Below, in pieces: positions 12,028 through 24,468 of a stretch of 64,000 nucleotides of DNA (positions are counted from its first letter, which is position 1; each line of letters starts with the position of its first letter). Source of the stretch: Balanoglossus misakiensis (Eukaryota; Animalia; Hemichordata); assembly GCA_040954595.2 (NCBI GenBank), contig CM082582.2:3518303-3582302 (forward strand). Direction: 5' to 3'. The notes under the pieces were generated by a model. That model did no database searches, had not been told where the DNA came from, and was given only the letters and a program-made list of their open reading frames with translations. The translations under genes and the position numbers were made by a program.

Positions 12028-14480
12028 CATTGGGTAGTACAGTTTGAAAAATAATGTTGGTCGGTAGTGTCGGTAACCAGTAAAAATTAACCGGCCGTGT
12101 CCCAGTGGACAACTTTTGCAGAACCAAGAAATAGTTGGTAGAAATTAAGATGAAACGAGAACCCTACTTTACGACACGCTTTTGACAGTACGAAAAAATG
12201 GTCGTTCAGAATATCTAGAATGTATCCTAAACTTTAAGTTGTTGGTCTGTGGTAGCTCCATGGTCAATACTATCTATTAGCTGCAGCTGTGGAACTAAGA
12301 AAGTAATATGAAGTTTCGTGGTGAGAATTACATGTAAAGTGAAACTAGAATCCAACGGTACAAATAATAACTTTCATGATTGTCTCAAAGTATAAAGAAG
12401 GCCAAGGTTCTGCACAAATATACAGACACACAGCGAGCTGTTCCCGTACAATCACGCGAGACTCCCCCGCAACAACGTGATCTCGTGGCGTCCATATCGC
12501 TGAATTTTGAGTCTGCAGTGACGACAGAAAGACACGGGCGGATTAATCGTTATTTGTGAACCCTTAAATCAACGATAGTGATAACAAGTAAGTCTATAGT
12601 AATACTACATTTAGTTGGAAACACCGTCCATTCTCAGTCAGCTTTCATAATTTATACAAACGTACAAGCCACGGACCGGGCGCTTACAGCTTGCGTTGAA
12701 TGTTGGGCTCAAAATGGCGGTAAACAGCAACTCGGTATTTTGTACAACGTGATTCGTATGTGGTGAATCCTATCCTAAAAGCCAGGGTTTTGGGCAGTTG
12801 CATATAAGACCACAAATAATGCAGTTTCCACTTAAAAGTTAAAATAAAAACTTTTCCTCTATATACTGAAATTGACTTTGTGACCGATTTTAGGCAAATC
12901 GAGATTGTTCCGTTTTGGCTGTGATCGAAAAAGATCTCAACTATGCATGACATAATACGTAGTTGTCGTATTCGCACAAGCCCCGCCATTTTATAAATCG
13001 AAAAGTTGTTACTGCTGACTTTGGTGTTGTCTCGACAGCGTTGTCAGCTGCTAATCGACTTTCGGGTGTTTCAATACACTCGCGACTGCGCAATTTTATG
13101 TTATAGTGATTAGTATACTACGCCATTTGCCGGACGGTACCCAATGTCGGACGCAATACGTAAAATTCTCTGTTTCAGAAGAGTTTTGGTTTGCGATATG
13201 CATTGCTGACGTTTTGGCTTGTTAGCGTATGAGGACATTTTCACACAAACTTACGACGCCTAAACAAGATAAGGGGGCGTAGTTTACGTCCCGCTGTTGT
13301 CGCGTTTTGTGGCTGAACTTGCCAGTTGCATAGTCCGTGCCTGTGACCTCGAATTTTGTAACCGCTGAAACAGTGCGGCCAACTAAATCAATGCATGTGA
13401 AACCTGGCTCTGCCACACAGCTACAATGTATCTGAAACCTAACATTTCACTTATCTTCCTATTTGTTTGTGTAAATTGTCTTTTGTCCAGACAACTTTAG
13501 CATGTGCATCGTCTGCCGAAAAGAGGACATTTTCCAATTCTTGGACGGAAGAAATATGCCTAAAGTAATTTCATAGCAAACCAAAAGTCTTTGGAGACAT
13601 GGACCACTTCGCGGATAGAATAACGCAGGCCGGGGGTTGTGGGGCAGTTTACGTTCTAAGCGCTTGCGTTGGCCATGTACTAGACACTATGTTGAATGCA
13701 AATTATACCATCATGCATTGCAGATATCCTATCCGCAAAGTGGTCTATGACTAAGACACATTTTGAAAGGAGCATTTACATTGTGCGTCCAACATTTGGT
13801 ATCATCTTGCAAATGATGTAGGTAAACAGTAATACCAGTACCTAGAATCTCACCCGAATGCGGGTGTGCACAAGATTTAATTCATGGTGCAAAATTGGGA
13901 GAGTGAAAAACTTGGAAGAGGTAAAACAACTGGTGTTTCTCAGTTGCATCAGTAATGCACACACAGAAAATATTGACAAAAACACTACACAAGAAAAATT
14001 AAACTTTTAGAGCTGAATAAATGAAAGCTGAAATAAAGGAACTTTAACTTGGAACTTAACCCTAATGCTACTGGGTGTCAAACATGTTTAGAGTGTCAAG
14101 TCCCTTAAAATACGTATTTACCACTTTTTCTTCATAAACGTATTTTGACTGTCTTGGCATGGCTCTCATACGTACTTAGACAGACTTGGCAGTTTGAACA
14201 CTGTAAAATGTACCAAATCGTACTGGTTTGGTTTGGTTTGAGGGTCTTGTATAGGCCCTACTGAATAACACACACTTGGCAGCCTAACAGGCCTGGGAGC
14301 CAGGATTCTAGGCACCCTGGAAATCAAAACAGTTTCAACTGACTTGGCAGCATTAGGGTTAAAGACAAAGAAAATGTGTAAAAACTTTGGGTCTTGTTGG
14401 GTTACAATTATGATGTCATCACCTAAAATTACAAATATGATTAATTTTGCTTTTCTGGTTATTTCAGTCACCACATCAAT

Positions 14481-17400
14481 ATGGATACCTTCACGTGTGG
14501 TAACTGTCAGCTTCAATTCACTGACATTGAATTGTTCATGAATCACAAGAAGACCAACTGTGAAGGAACAACTGCAACAAACATCGCAACAGCTGCTACA
14601 ACACAGCTGCAACCCAGTGATGTTACACTTGAGGCTCCAAATGGCGACAGCATTATTCAAGCTGCCACTGTAGCTGTGATACAGACACCAATGGAAACTG
14701 TAGTATCATCTCATCAACATCAATGCACAGGTTAACTTTCCTTCTATTTAAGAGACAAAGTCTCCTTCTTGCTGCCCTTTTTCCATTAATTATGTTTGAT
14801 ACAAGACCCTGTTTATGTTATTCTACATGTGGATAGTGAATCAACATTAGACACAACACAACTTCCATCCAACTTGAAGTTGTACACACAAATGTGAAAA
14901 ACTTGCCAAGGTGAATTATCGGTGTTTACCCTTTATTCATTTTGGCAAGATTTTTACTCATATGTTACAAACGGGATGGAAGTTGTGTGTGGTCGAAGGT
15001 TAATTCACTATATAACCACATGTAAAATAACATAAACAGTGTCTTCTATCAAACATAATGGAAAAGGGGCAGTGAGAGAGAGACTTTGTCCCGTTAAAGG
15101 AATATCAGGCCGAGTGGCAGCTAGTTTACATTTGAAACAATATGGATAAATTGCTCTGGGGAGAGCATTGTTGTAAAAATAATATACATGTAAAGGACAC
15201 TGTGGTCCCATTTTACGACAATGTTTATATGAAAATAGTAGATCACTTACAATTAAACAGGCATTTCTGAAAAGTTGTGGTAGTGGTCTTGAACAAGATT
15301 CTTTTTACGTACAGTTGAAGGAGTAAATTTCTATCATGTGTCATCATCCATTGTCATTATTTTCTACACCGAGAGACTTTATATGCAAGTTTTCCATGTA
15401 TTCTTGATATCACAAAAAGGCCAAAAAGATCATCTTTGTGCCTTTGAAAGGATTTGATTAACAGTATTTACTTTGACAAGTATAACTGTTGACCAGCATA
15501 TCCGCACATTGAAGGTGGCTGTATAGTGTATTTCACAATTGCTAACTTTATTTCTAATTTCTGTGGTTGTTTTGCAGATAGCACTATTTTTGTATGTAAA
15601 CACTGCAACCAGTTTTCTGCCACCAAAGATCAAATAATTGAACATGTGAAGGAATCACACAACATCAATGAAGCATTTGACGATGCCATAATAACTCTAC
15701 AGGCATTGCCTGGTACCAATCTTCCAATTAAACTACCAGTCTTACCAAGTATACAGACAATAACTACTGCATCACTAGGAAGAAAGCGTGGAAGGCCTCG
15801 GAAAGTTCCTAAGACCGAGGAAGAACTGATGGAAGAAGAGAGAAAAAAGAGAGAAGAGGAGGACAAGAAGGCAGAAATTAAGCGTCTTGAAGAAACGATG
15901 CAAGACTCTCCGGATGGTTTTGAATGTTCACAGTGCAAGCGTAACTTCAAGAAGATAAGGCAGCTGAAACATCATAGGTGTGTGCCTGAATACTTTGAAG
16001 ATGAACCAGCAGCGAAACGATCACGTGGTAGAGTTGCGTTATCAAATAAGAATAGAGAGAGTGCCGAGTCGCACGGCGACGACAAGACTACCATTGGTGA
16101 TGGTTCTGTAACTGCACAGCCGTCTCTGACCGTGTTTGATGGGACAACTGAAGCAAATGTTCGCATACCTCGAGAGAAAGTGGAGAATGGAGAAGGCAGT
16201 CAGATGACCGACGCATTGGGTAGACGCAAACCGGACAAGAGATCCCGAATGTCCTATCTGGAGAAGTACGTCATCGGCGAAATCACCGAGCACTGTATAC
16301 AGCAGACTATCAATCAAGGGAATGCAGTTCCACACAGAACTAACACCACGAATCCAGTCCTGAGGGTGTTCACATGCCCTCACTGCAACAAGTTATTCAA
16401 ATACAGGCATGCTTTGGCCGTCCATATTCTGATTCACAAGGACATCAAACCTTTCAAGTGCACGCTGTGCGATTACGCGTCCAACAGCTCGGGAAATCTC
16501 AATGTGCATATGCGTAAACATACTGGTGAGAAGTTCAAATGCGATAAGTGTGATTTCACATGTATCAACAAAGGACACCTGAAAGTACACAAAGCAAGGC
16601 ACGGGTCCGTACGCTATGAATGTGAACTTTGTGGCAAGAAAGTGCACCACCCCACTGAACTGCTGAAACACATCAAATACAAACATGATGTTGAGAAAGA
16701 CTCTCACGCCAAAGAATTCTTCGAACGTAAGAAGATGGAAAGTCGCAGTGGCAGACGAGCCTTGCTGTACCAGTGTAACATTTGTGAACGCAAGTTCAAG
16801 ACCAAGCGAGATCATGACATCCACTTATATCTGCACACCAATGAAAAACCACACAGATGTGAACTGTGCGATTATGCAACAGCTCGCAAACCGTACATAA
16901 AGGCCCACGTGAAGAAACACAAGATTGTGTACGTTTGCTTTTACTGCGATGAAAGATTCCTGAGTTCAATCAAACTGTCGAGTCATCTTCAACAGACACA
17001 CAGCGCTCTGCCAGATTTTGATTTAACAACAGCTACGACCAATTCCATTAATACAAGTTTGTATTTAAGCGATCCTTCCAACAAGTATACATTTACAGAT
17101 GAGAAAGTGGATGTCGTGCATCAAGAGAATCCTGCTTCTTCCCAGTCCGATTTGGATTTGCAAGCCTCACTGCCACCAAAGGAAGGAAATCCGGATGATC
17201 CGACAGAAGTTTCAGAGGGCAAAGAGGAAGGCGCTCAACAACAGAAACCATCATTTGCAGCAGTGCCACCTGTTGCTGTCATGAACGAACTCAGTTATCA
17301 ACATCTAACCATGTCACTTTTGGAGAAACTCAAAGAGATCTTTGGCTCCTTTGAGTGCGAGGAATGTGGCAAGTTTTTTGTGGCAAAAATCGAATACGAA

Positions 17401-19433
17401 AAGCATGCAGTCATACACAACACTGAAAAATCCCTGAAATGCTCACAGTGCAGCTATGCAACCCACCATGCAGATGGACTGAGGCGTCATATGGAATCTG
17501 TGCACAGTGGCATCAAGTATAAGTGTGCCGAGTGTGGCCTGGAAACCGCCAGCAAATACTACCTCAAGATACACATGAAGAAACATTTGGACGGCAAAAA
17601 GTACACCTGCAGCCTGTGTAACTTCATCACAACCGAAGAAGACGAGATGAAAAACCACATCAGTGATACGCATCCAGACATGACATCGTCCGAGCTGGAA
17701 CTCATCATGGGAGGCAAGACCCGTCTCAAGTCCAAGATTGGAAGAAGACCGTACAAGTGCCCGTACTGTGGCAAACTCTTCCACAGGGGGAGTTCCGATT
17801 TGAAGCGGCATATCTGGGCGCACAAGGGAATCAACCCTTTCAGGTGTCAAATCTGCGGGCACGGCACACGAAGCAACAGTAACCTGAAAGCTCACATGAT
17901 GAAACACTCAGATGCAAAGAACCATCTCTGTGACGAGTGTGGCAAATCTTTCAAAACCAAAAACAGCCTTCATGTGCATCAACTGGGGCATAAGAATGAA
18001 AAGAAATACCAGTGCCCTTACTGTGAGTATACGGCCATACAGCCAGCGCATCTGAAGAGGCATCTGGAAACCCATGGCGGTTTGAAACCCTTCAAATGTG
18101 GCCTCTGTGTCAATTACACCACCAATAACAAGGGGACACTCAGGAGTCACTACCGAAAGAAGCATCCCAACGAGCCATTCAAAGAAGATCAGATTCAGGA
18201 GTTCCACATCTCCAAAGACAACCCAGACCTCTTGTCCTTCCCGTGCGACCACTGCGAGTACGTCTTCACCAACAAATGGGATCTCAAAACACACATGAGG
18301 AAGAAACACAAAATGGACGCAGGGACGCCAGTCAGCATGCCGGGACAACAGCAGACCATTGCAGTGTCGGTCGACCAGATCAGCTTAGCAGCAAATTCAA
18401 CATCAAACACCACCCAGCAGGAAGTCATCACAGTCGGTCAAACACTGCAAGATGTCGACCCGAACATACAGTACACAGATGCTTCGCAGATCCAGCTGCA
18501 GCAAACGGACAGAAACGCTGTGAACATCTTGCAGCAGATTATGGGAATGCAGGACCTAACTGCAGTGACCACTGCTGTTGTGTCTCAGGATGGCACAGTC
18601 ACTACTGATGCTGTCACATACACCACTACAACATTACCCCAGCAAACATATGTAGCTACATCTGAGGGGCAAACCTATGTTGCAGTTGCTCCAGGCTCTC
18701 AAGGGTAAGTGTATTTTTTAAAGATTGGAAAGCCAAATTTGTTTACATCATTATGCTGATCCAGTACACCCCTTGGACAAGCATATACACCCAGTGGACA
18801 TGCAGATGCCTGGTCGAATGGATTAAATTGTTTTTCAGACAAATGATTCAAATTGTATCATTTGAGTGTTCAGCCACTTTTAATATTCGACCAAGTTCTT
18901 TTGTTGTCGTTTGGGGGGGGGGGGGGGGGGGGGTAAATTTTTTCCAAAATTTTTTTTGCCTGGCTTGTAACTTTTTGTGTGTGACCACTACTACTTTCAC
19001 ATTGTGTCCAAGTTCCATTCGTAGAACCTTTACAGCAGGAGATGACATACTCAGAGTGACTATGGTAGTGTGTGTGTAGAAATGAGTTGAGGGATGAACT
19101 TCAATACCACATTTCTGTGTCCATCTCCAACACTTGTTGCATTGACTGTCCAGACGACGTGAGTGCCCCTGGGCCTCATGTTACTGATCTGTTGCCGTCC
19201 TGATCAAAAATATTGTGTAGGTCACATGTGTGTGCGTTATTTCTTATGAAAATGGCTACACAGTTTCAATGATATGATTTCTTTTCTTTTCTAGACTTGT
19301 GGCAGTTGCACCTGATTCTGTAGTCATCCAGCAGACACCCGATGCAGTCACCGAACAGGTTGTTGGAGACACCACTACAGAAGAGAACAAGAGTCAATAT
19401 GTGGTTGTGTTGACCCAAACCCAGGAAAACTAA
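14481..19433 (+). CDS. ZFAT: Zinc finger and AT-hook domain protein, ZFAT-like (about 1171 aa; coding exons 14481-14730, 15578-18704, 19295-19433)
   Basis: N-terminal FVCKHCNQFS...IEHVKESH, AT-hook RKRGRPRK, and a C2H2 array including NLNVHMRKHTGEKF-C--CDFTCINKGHLKVH and KYKH that matches vertebrate ZFAT as I recall it. GT-AG junctions keep the frame (phases 1 and 2). Confidence 0.88.
14748..15097. mobile_element. TTAA-flanked MITE (Kolobok/T2-like termini), older copy
   Basis: Inverted termini GACAAAGTCTC...GAGACTTTGTC, TTAA flanks, homologous to 20537-20886. Confidence 0.8.
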
Positions 19434-19551
19434 AACTAATCATGATTTGGCGAGAGTTGGGAGTTCCCCTCACCATGATTAGATTTGGTCTCTATGACCG
19501 TAATTGACCATTTGTGGTCAGAGCATAACTCAGGGCTGGTACAAGCATACT

Positions 19552-19890
19552 CCGATTAAAATCAGATGTAGGGTACAGTGACGTTTTTACGTTGTGGTAC
19601 GGTATTCTTATGCTGTCACCTCACACTACATCTGACTCCAATAGAAGCTCCCATTCAACCTCCCTTTGCGGCCAGGCCAATCAGATTGCATGTTATGTCG
19701 ATACACTGAAGGATACCTATTGTTCTCTATAAGGCACCTTCAGATTGGTTTACTAGCCTATCAAAGCCAGAGATTTTGAACGGGAGCTTCTATGGGAGTT
19801 GGTCAGATGTAGTGTGAGGTGACAGCATAAGAATACCGTACCACGAAGTAAAACAAGTTACTGTACCCTACATCTGATTTTAAGCAGATT
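19552..19890. mobile_element. Palindromic MITE in the ZFAT 3' UTR region
   Basis: Inverted arms of about 85 bp (AAATCAGATGTAGGGTACAG...TGTCACCTCACACTACATCTGAC and its reverse complement). Confidence 0.85.
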
Positions 19891-20187
19891 GGTACCAGCA
19901 GTACCTTGTGACTCTGAGGCTTTGCATTGTCTCAACATTGACAGCACCGCATTGGGTATTACCTGTACATTCTGTAAAACTTACCCTTTAGCTTCATACG
20001 AGCTGTTCCTTTAGAGGTGACATCAACAATGAAAAGACACTGAATGCCTGTGTTACAATGTACATGTATAAACTTTGAAAAATTGTGTTACCAGACAAGT
20101 GTACAGACTTCCTGCCTTTAATTAGCATTTTCTGAGCTTGTCATATTGACAAGTGGTTTTGTCTTAAATAGTGTAATTCAAAAATTA

Positions 20188-21758
20188 ATAATGTTTTGTA
20201 AGTCCCAAAGGATGTAAATATCATACGCCAAAATATGGTTAAAATATCAATATTGTATATAGGGAGAAAGTTTTGCCATTTTTGTTTAAAAACTTGAATT
20301 GATTAGTGTGAGTCAAACTATAATTGATATATGTGTATGTCATAATTCAGATAAAATGGGAGCACAGTGTCTTTGACACTTTTTTTTTCATTCAAAATAA
20401 TTGAGAATGGCTGTTGCTTTCTAAAATTTAATTTCTTATATGAAATTTAAGCTTGTACGGGACCTAAATGAATATTTAGTCTTGTGTTACTTTAATAATA
20501 ATGCTTGAAAGGTTGTACAAAAATCATATAAATTAAAGGGACAAAGTCTCTCTCTCGCTGCCCTTTTTCCATTAGTTATGTTTGATACCAGACACCGTTT
20601 ATCTTAATGTACATGTGGATATATAGTGAATCAACATTCAACCACGCACAATTTCTATACTACTTGTAGACCCCAGAGTGAAAAAAAACCCACCAGAATG
20701 AATTATCGGTGTTTACCATTCATTCATTTTGGCAAGACTTTTACTCTCATATCCCACAAATGGGATGGAAGTAGTGTGTGGTCTAACGTTGATTCACTAT
20801 ACATCCACATGTAGAATAACATAAATAGTGTCTTGTATCAAACATAATTAATGGAAAAAGGGCAGCTAGAGAGAGACGTTGTCCCTTTAAACCAAGCCAA
20901 ATTCAAATGTTTATTCCAGCTCTGAGTTCTTAATCTACATAGAAATGATTTTTTTCTTTAGAATATGTATACAATTAAGAGTGAAAATTTGAATGATTTA
21001 CCATTCAGTCAACTGAAAATCATTTGAAGTTTTTGAAGAAAAAAAATAGAACTAGATGAATATAATGTAATACAATAATTTGCATAATGGACAAACAATA
21101 ACAATGTCACTTTGACACGTCAACATGATTTGTAAAGTGAAATGGATAATGTTTTGAAGGTCCCAAAGGATGTTATCATATGCCAAAATATGGTTAACCT
21201 ATCAATATTGTATATAGGAGAGAAAGTTTCGCCTTTTTCATTTAAAAACTTGATTTACCAGAAAATCCAGTCTAATTAATTAGTATGAGTCAAACTATAA
21301 CTGATACATGTGTATGTCATAATTCCGATAAAATGGGAGCACAGTGTTCTTGACACTGTTTTGCTTTTCATTCAAAATAATTTAACTTTAGAATGGGTGT
21401 TGCTTTCTAAAAATTAATTTCTCGTATGAAATTTGAGCTTGCGTGGACCAAAATGAATATTTAGTCTTGTTTACTCTCCTTGAAAGGTTGTACAAAATTC
21501 ATATAAATTAAACCAAGCCAAATTCAAATGTTTATTCCTGCTCTTGGTTCTTTATCTATGTAGAATTTTTTTTCTTTAGAATATGTACATGTGTATAATT
21601 GAGAGTGAAAATTTGAATAATTTACCATTCAGTCAACTTAAAATCATTTGAAGTTTTTAAAAAAACACTAAGAACTTGATGAACATAATGTTATATGCTA
21701 ATTTGCATTACGAATAAACAATAACAATGTCACTTTGATGTGTCACCATGATTTGTAA
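20188..21758 (+). repeat. Tandem duplication of about 600 bp (copy 1 about 20188-21135 with a MITE, copy 2 about 21146-21758)
   Basis: Collinear shared blocks such as GTCCCAAAGGATGT, GATAAAATGGGAGCACAGTGT, ACCAAGCCAAATTCAAATG and CAATGTCACTTTGA. Confidence 0.9.
20537..20886. mobile_element. TTAA-TSD MITE (Kolobok/T2-like)
   Basis: TTAA|AGGGACAAAGTCTCTCTC...GAGAGAGACGTTGTCCCT|TTAA. The duplicated copy has an empty site with a single TTAA at 21508-21511. Confidence 0.92.
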
Positions 21759-22204
21759 GGCAAGTTTTTGATGGTCTGTCACACATTTGACGAAGATGTG
21801 TTGTATATACCGGTAATAAGTATTTGCATGAGATAACTTTTCTCACTGTGTCTCACTGCCAGCAGTGTCATTCTGTTCAAAGGAATTTTTTTTTCTGTGC
21901 CAGTTGTATTAAGCCATCTGTTAAATTGACAATGCAAATGCATGTACATGTACTATAAACTCTGAACAATATCAGAGTTCAGCAGAAGTGTGACATTTTT
22001 CTGTTTTGATCATAATTACTTTCAGTCATCAGGATAGCTTTGTATGTATTGTGAGTTATTTGAGCATCATCAGTCTTTTCATAGCAATGTTGAGCACACA
22101 AAAGTAGACCATGCTCTAACTGTTATAACAATTTTTGAAGTGCTACATAAATCCATTTCTTTTTCATCCATCATTACAAACAATTCACTGTCTGACTATT
22201 TGCT

Positions 22205-22343
22205 AATCTGATTAAAATCAGATGTAGGGTACGACGACGACTTTTACATTGCGGTGTACGGTAGTGTGAGGCGACTGCATAAGAATACCGTACCAGGAAG
22301 TAAAATAATGTCGCGGTACCCTACTTCTGATTTTAATCAGATT
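22205..22343. mobile_element. Short MITE, same family as 19552-19890
   Basis: TIRs AATCTGATTAAAATCAGATGTAGGGTAC / GTACCCTACTTCTGATTTTAATCAGATT. Confidence 0.85.
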
Positions 22344-23350
22344 GATTTTTGCTATTCAAGAACTATATATTATAGGCTGATGAGCAGCACTTTGTCAAAT
22401 ATGCTACTTAGAGTTGTACATGGAATTAGTCATCAATGTTGTGGCAGTCAAAAAACTTGCTGTGTCTTCAACAGAAGTCACTGATCTCAACATTATGTTT
22501 TTTTTATTCAATGAATTTGTATTTGAAAATTAATTATTTCCACTCAAAATTTTTGCCATTGGCCATTAATTATTTGGAGGCTGGGCAATTTTTCAGAATT
22601 CCACTATTTGACATTTTCGTAAACAAAAGGAAGAAATGAAAAATTAAATTGTATGTTACAGCCATGTACTCGGTAAATCCAAACATGAAATTGCCAAGTT
22701 TGATACCTACACATGTAGTTGAATTTTCTCTTTGTTCATGTAATACTAAAATAAATTGCAACTGAATCACATCAGATTATTGGTGACATGTAGTCCTAAT
22801 ATAATAGTCAAGCTGGGAATTTAGCATTGTAAAGGAAGCAACCCTTTTTAAATTGCTGGAATTATACAAAGAGCACAAATAGTTTCATTTGAGAAACAGA
22901 GTAGGAAAACAATTTTTGTCGTAAATGAAAATTGAAGTTCAGGTTTGTATATTTTGTAGCAGAATGTATTGAATTTTTTTTATTTCTAAAACCACCCTTG
23001 TTTCTCAAGTGATAAGGTAATGCTTTATATACTTCATTCCTTAGAAATTTATAAATTGTCATGCCAAAGTGTTTGTAGAATTATGATAAGCATAAAAATA
23101 GTTATGTTGTCAGTTTCAAAATTTACCACAGAACCTGTACATGTTTGAGGTTGTGCAAATAAATTTGTTTTTAATGGCAAATATCATTAATGTCGTGTCA
23201 ACAGATTTGTGGAAACAGAGTTCATGCACTCCATGAGAATAGTGGGATTTGAAACAACTCTTGGAAGGTCCTGACAGATTGCTTTTGTTCACTTATGCTG
23301 TCCAAAGTGTCAGTGATCTTGGAAAACACTGCATTCATCAGTCTGGATAA

Positions 23351-23560
23351 TACTGTAAAACACTTTATTTTCGCGAGCAATAAATTTTTGCGAAATACGC
23401 GAGAGCCAAAATAGCGTGAAAATAAAAAGTTGCGTAAATTGTTTTTGAAGATAACGATGCAGTGAATGAAACAAGAGAACGTAAAAATTAATGCTCGCGA
23501 AACAGTGGCCTCTCAATATCGCGAAAATTTCAACTCGTGAAAATAAAGTGTTTTACAGTA
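23351..23560. mobile_element. TA-flanked MITE
   Basis: TIRs TACTGTAAAACACTTTATTTTC / GAAAATAAAGTGTTTTACAGTA. Second copy at about 32511-32723. Confidence 0.85.
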
Positions 23561-24468
23561 TCACTTCCAGGTCATTCTGGGTGCATCCAATAAACTGCCC
23601 ATGGTGATTGATCACAGTGGCAATGACACACATATATACACTGCATGATTTTAACTTCACACTTGACCATAACAGAAATGTCCACAAATTCATCAACACC
23701 TTCAACTGTGAAATTGGGTATGAATTTTTCAAATGTGTCAGAACTCATAATTTAGCTTCCGATTATAAAGTTTAACTGCAATAAGAAAATTTGTTTTCAT
23801 TTTCAACATTTTGGACACAAGACACCCCTGGCTACTTCTGTCAAATAACCTCAGACAAAAATGATAACTGCATATTATGATCATTATTGTTGCTGTCTAT
23901 GATATCTGTGTAACCAGCTACATAACATGTCCCTGTTCTTAGACTGTCTGAAAATGTGATCTACAGTTTGAGAAACTTTCATAAGCACAGGAGTGCAAGA
24001 AAAATGCTGAGTCTGCATTTTACCATCATTGAAACTCTCACTGGGAAAGTAAGACAAGAACACCCTGTTTTCTATTTATTTTTTATGTTAAAATCCATTG
24101 GTATATCACATATATTAAAAAGAATCTGGAAAATGACAATAGTTTTGATTAAACGCTTCTGGGCGGAAGTCTAGCGCCTCCGTGTGGCCATGTACAGTGG
24201 AGAGTCTGGGTCATGGGTCATCGAGACTATTTATGTCGCTGTCTTCCGCCGCGCCTTTTGCTAAGGGAGTCGGTGAATTGATGTTAATTTCGTGAAATTA
24301 TCAGTGTGAAACTTCCATCGCTCACGGTCAGAAGAATCTCAGAATATTCAGAAGTATTCGATAAGCTCTCTAAAATCGCCAAAACCGAAGTGATCGCGTC
24401 TGCATCTTTTCCCTGAAATTAGGGTCTGTGTACTTCCGGGTTGATTGATAACAGCGATCGCTCCCAAA

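Noticed and set aside
15630-18608. Antisense and alternative-frame ORFs in the ZFAT exon
   Set aside because: Shadow ORFs of a long coding exon, with no motifs.
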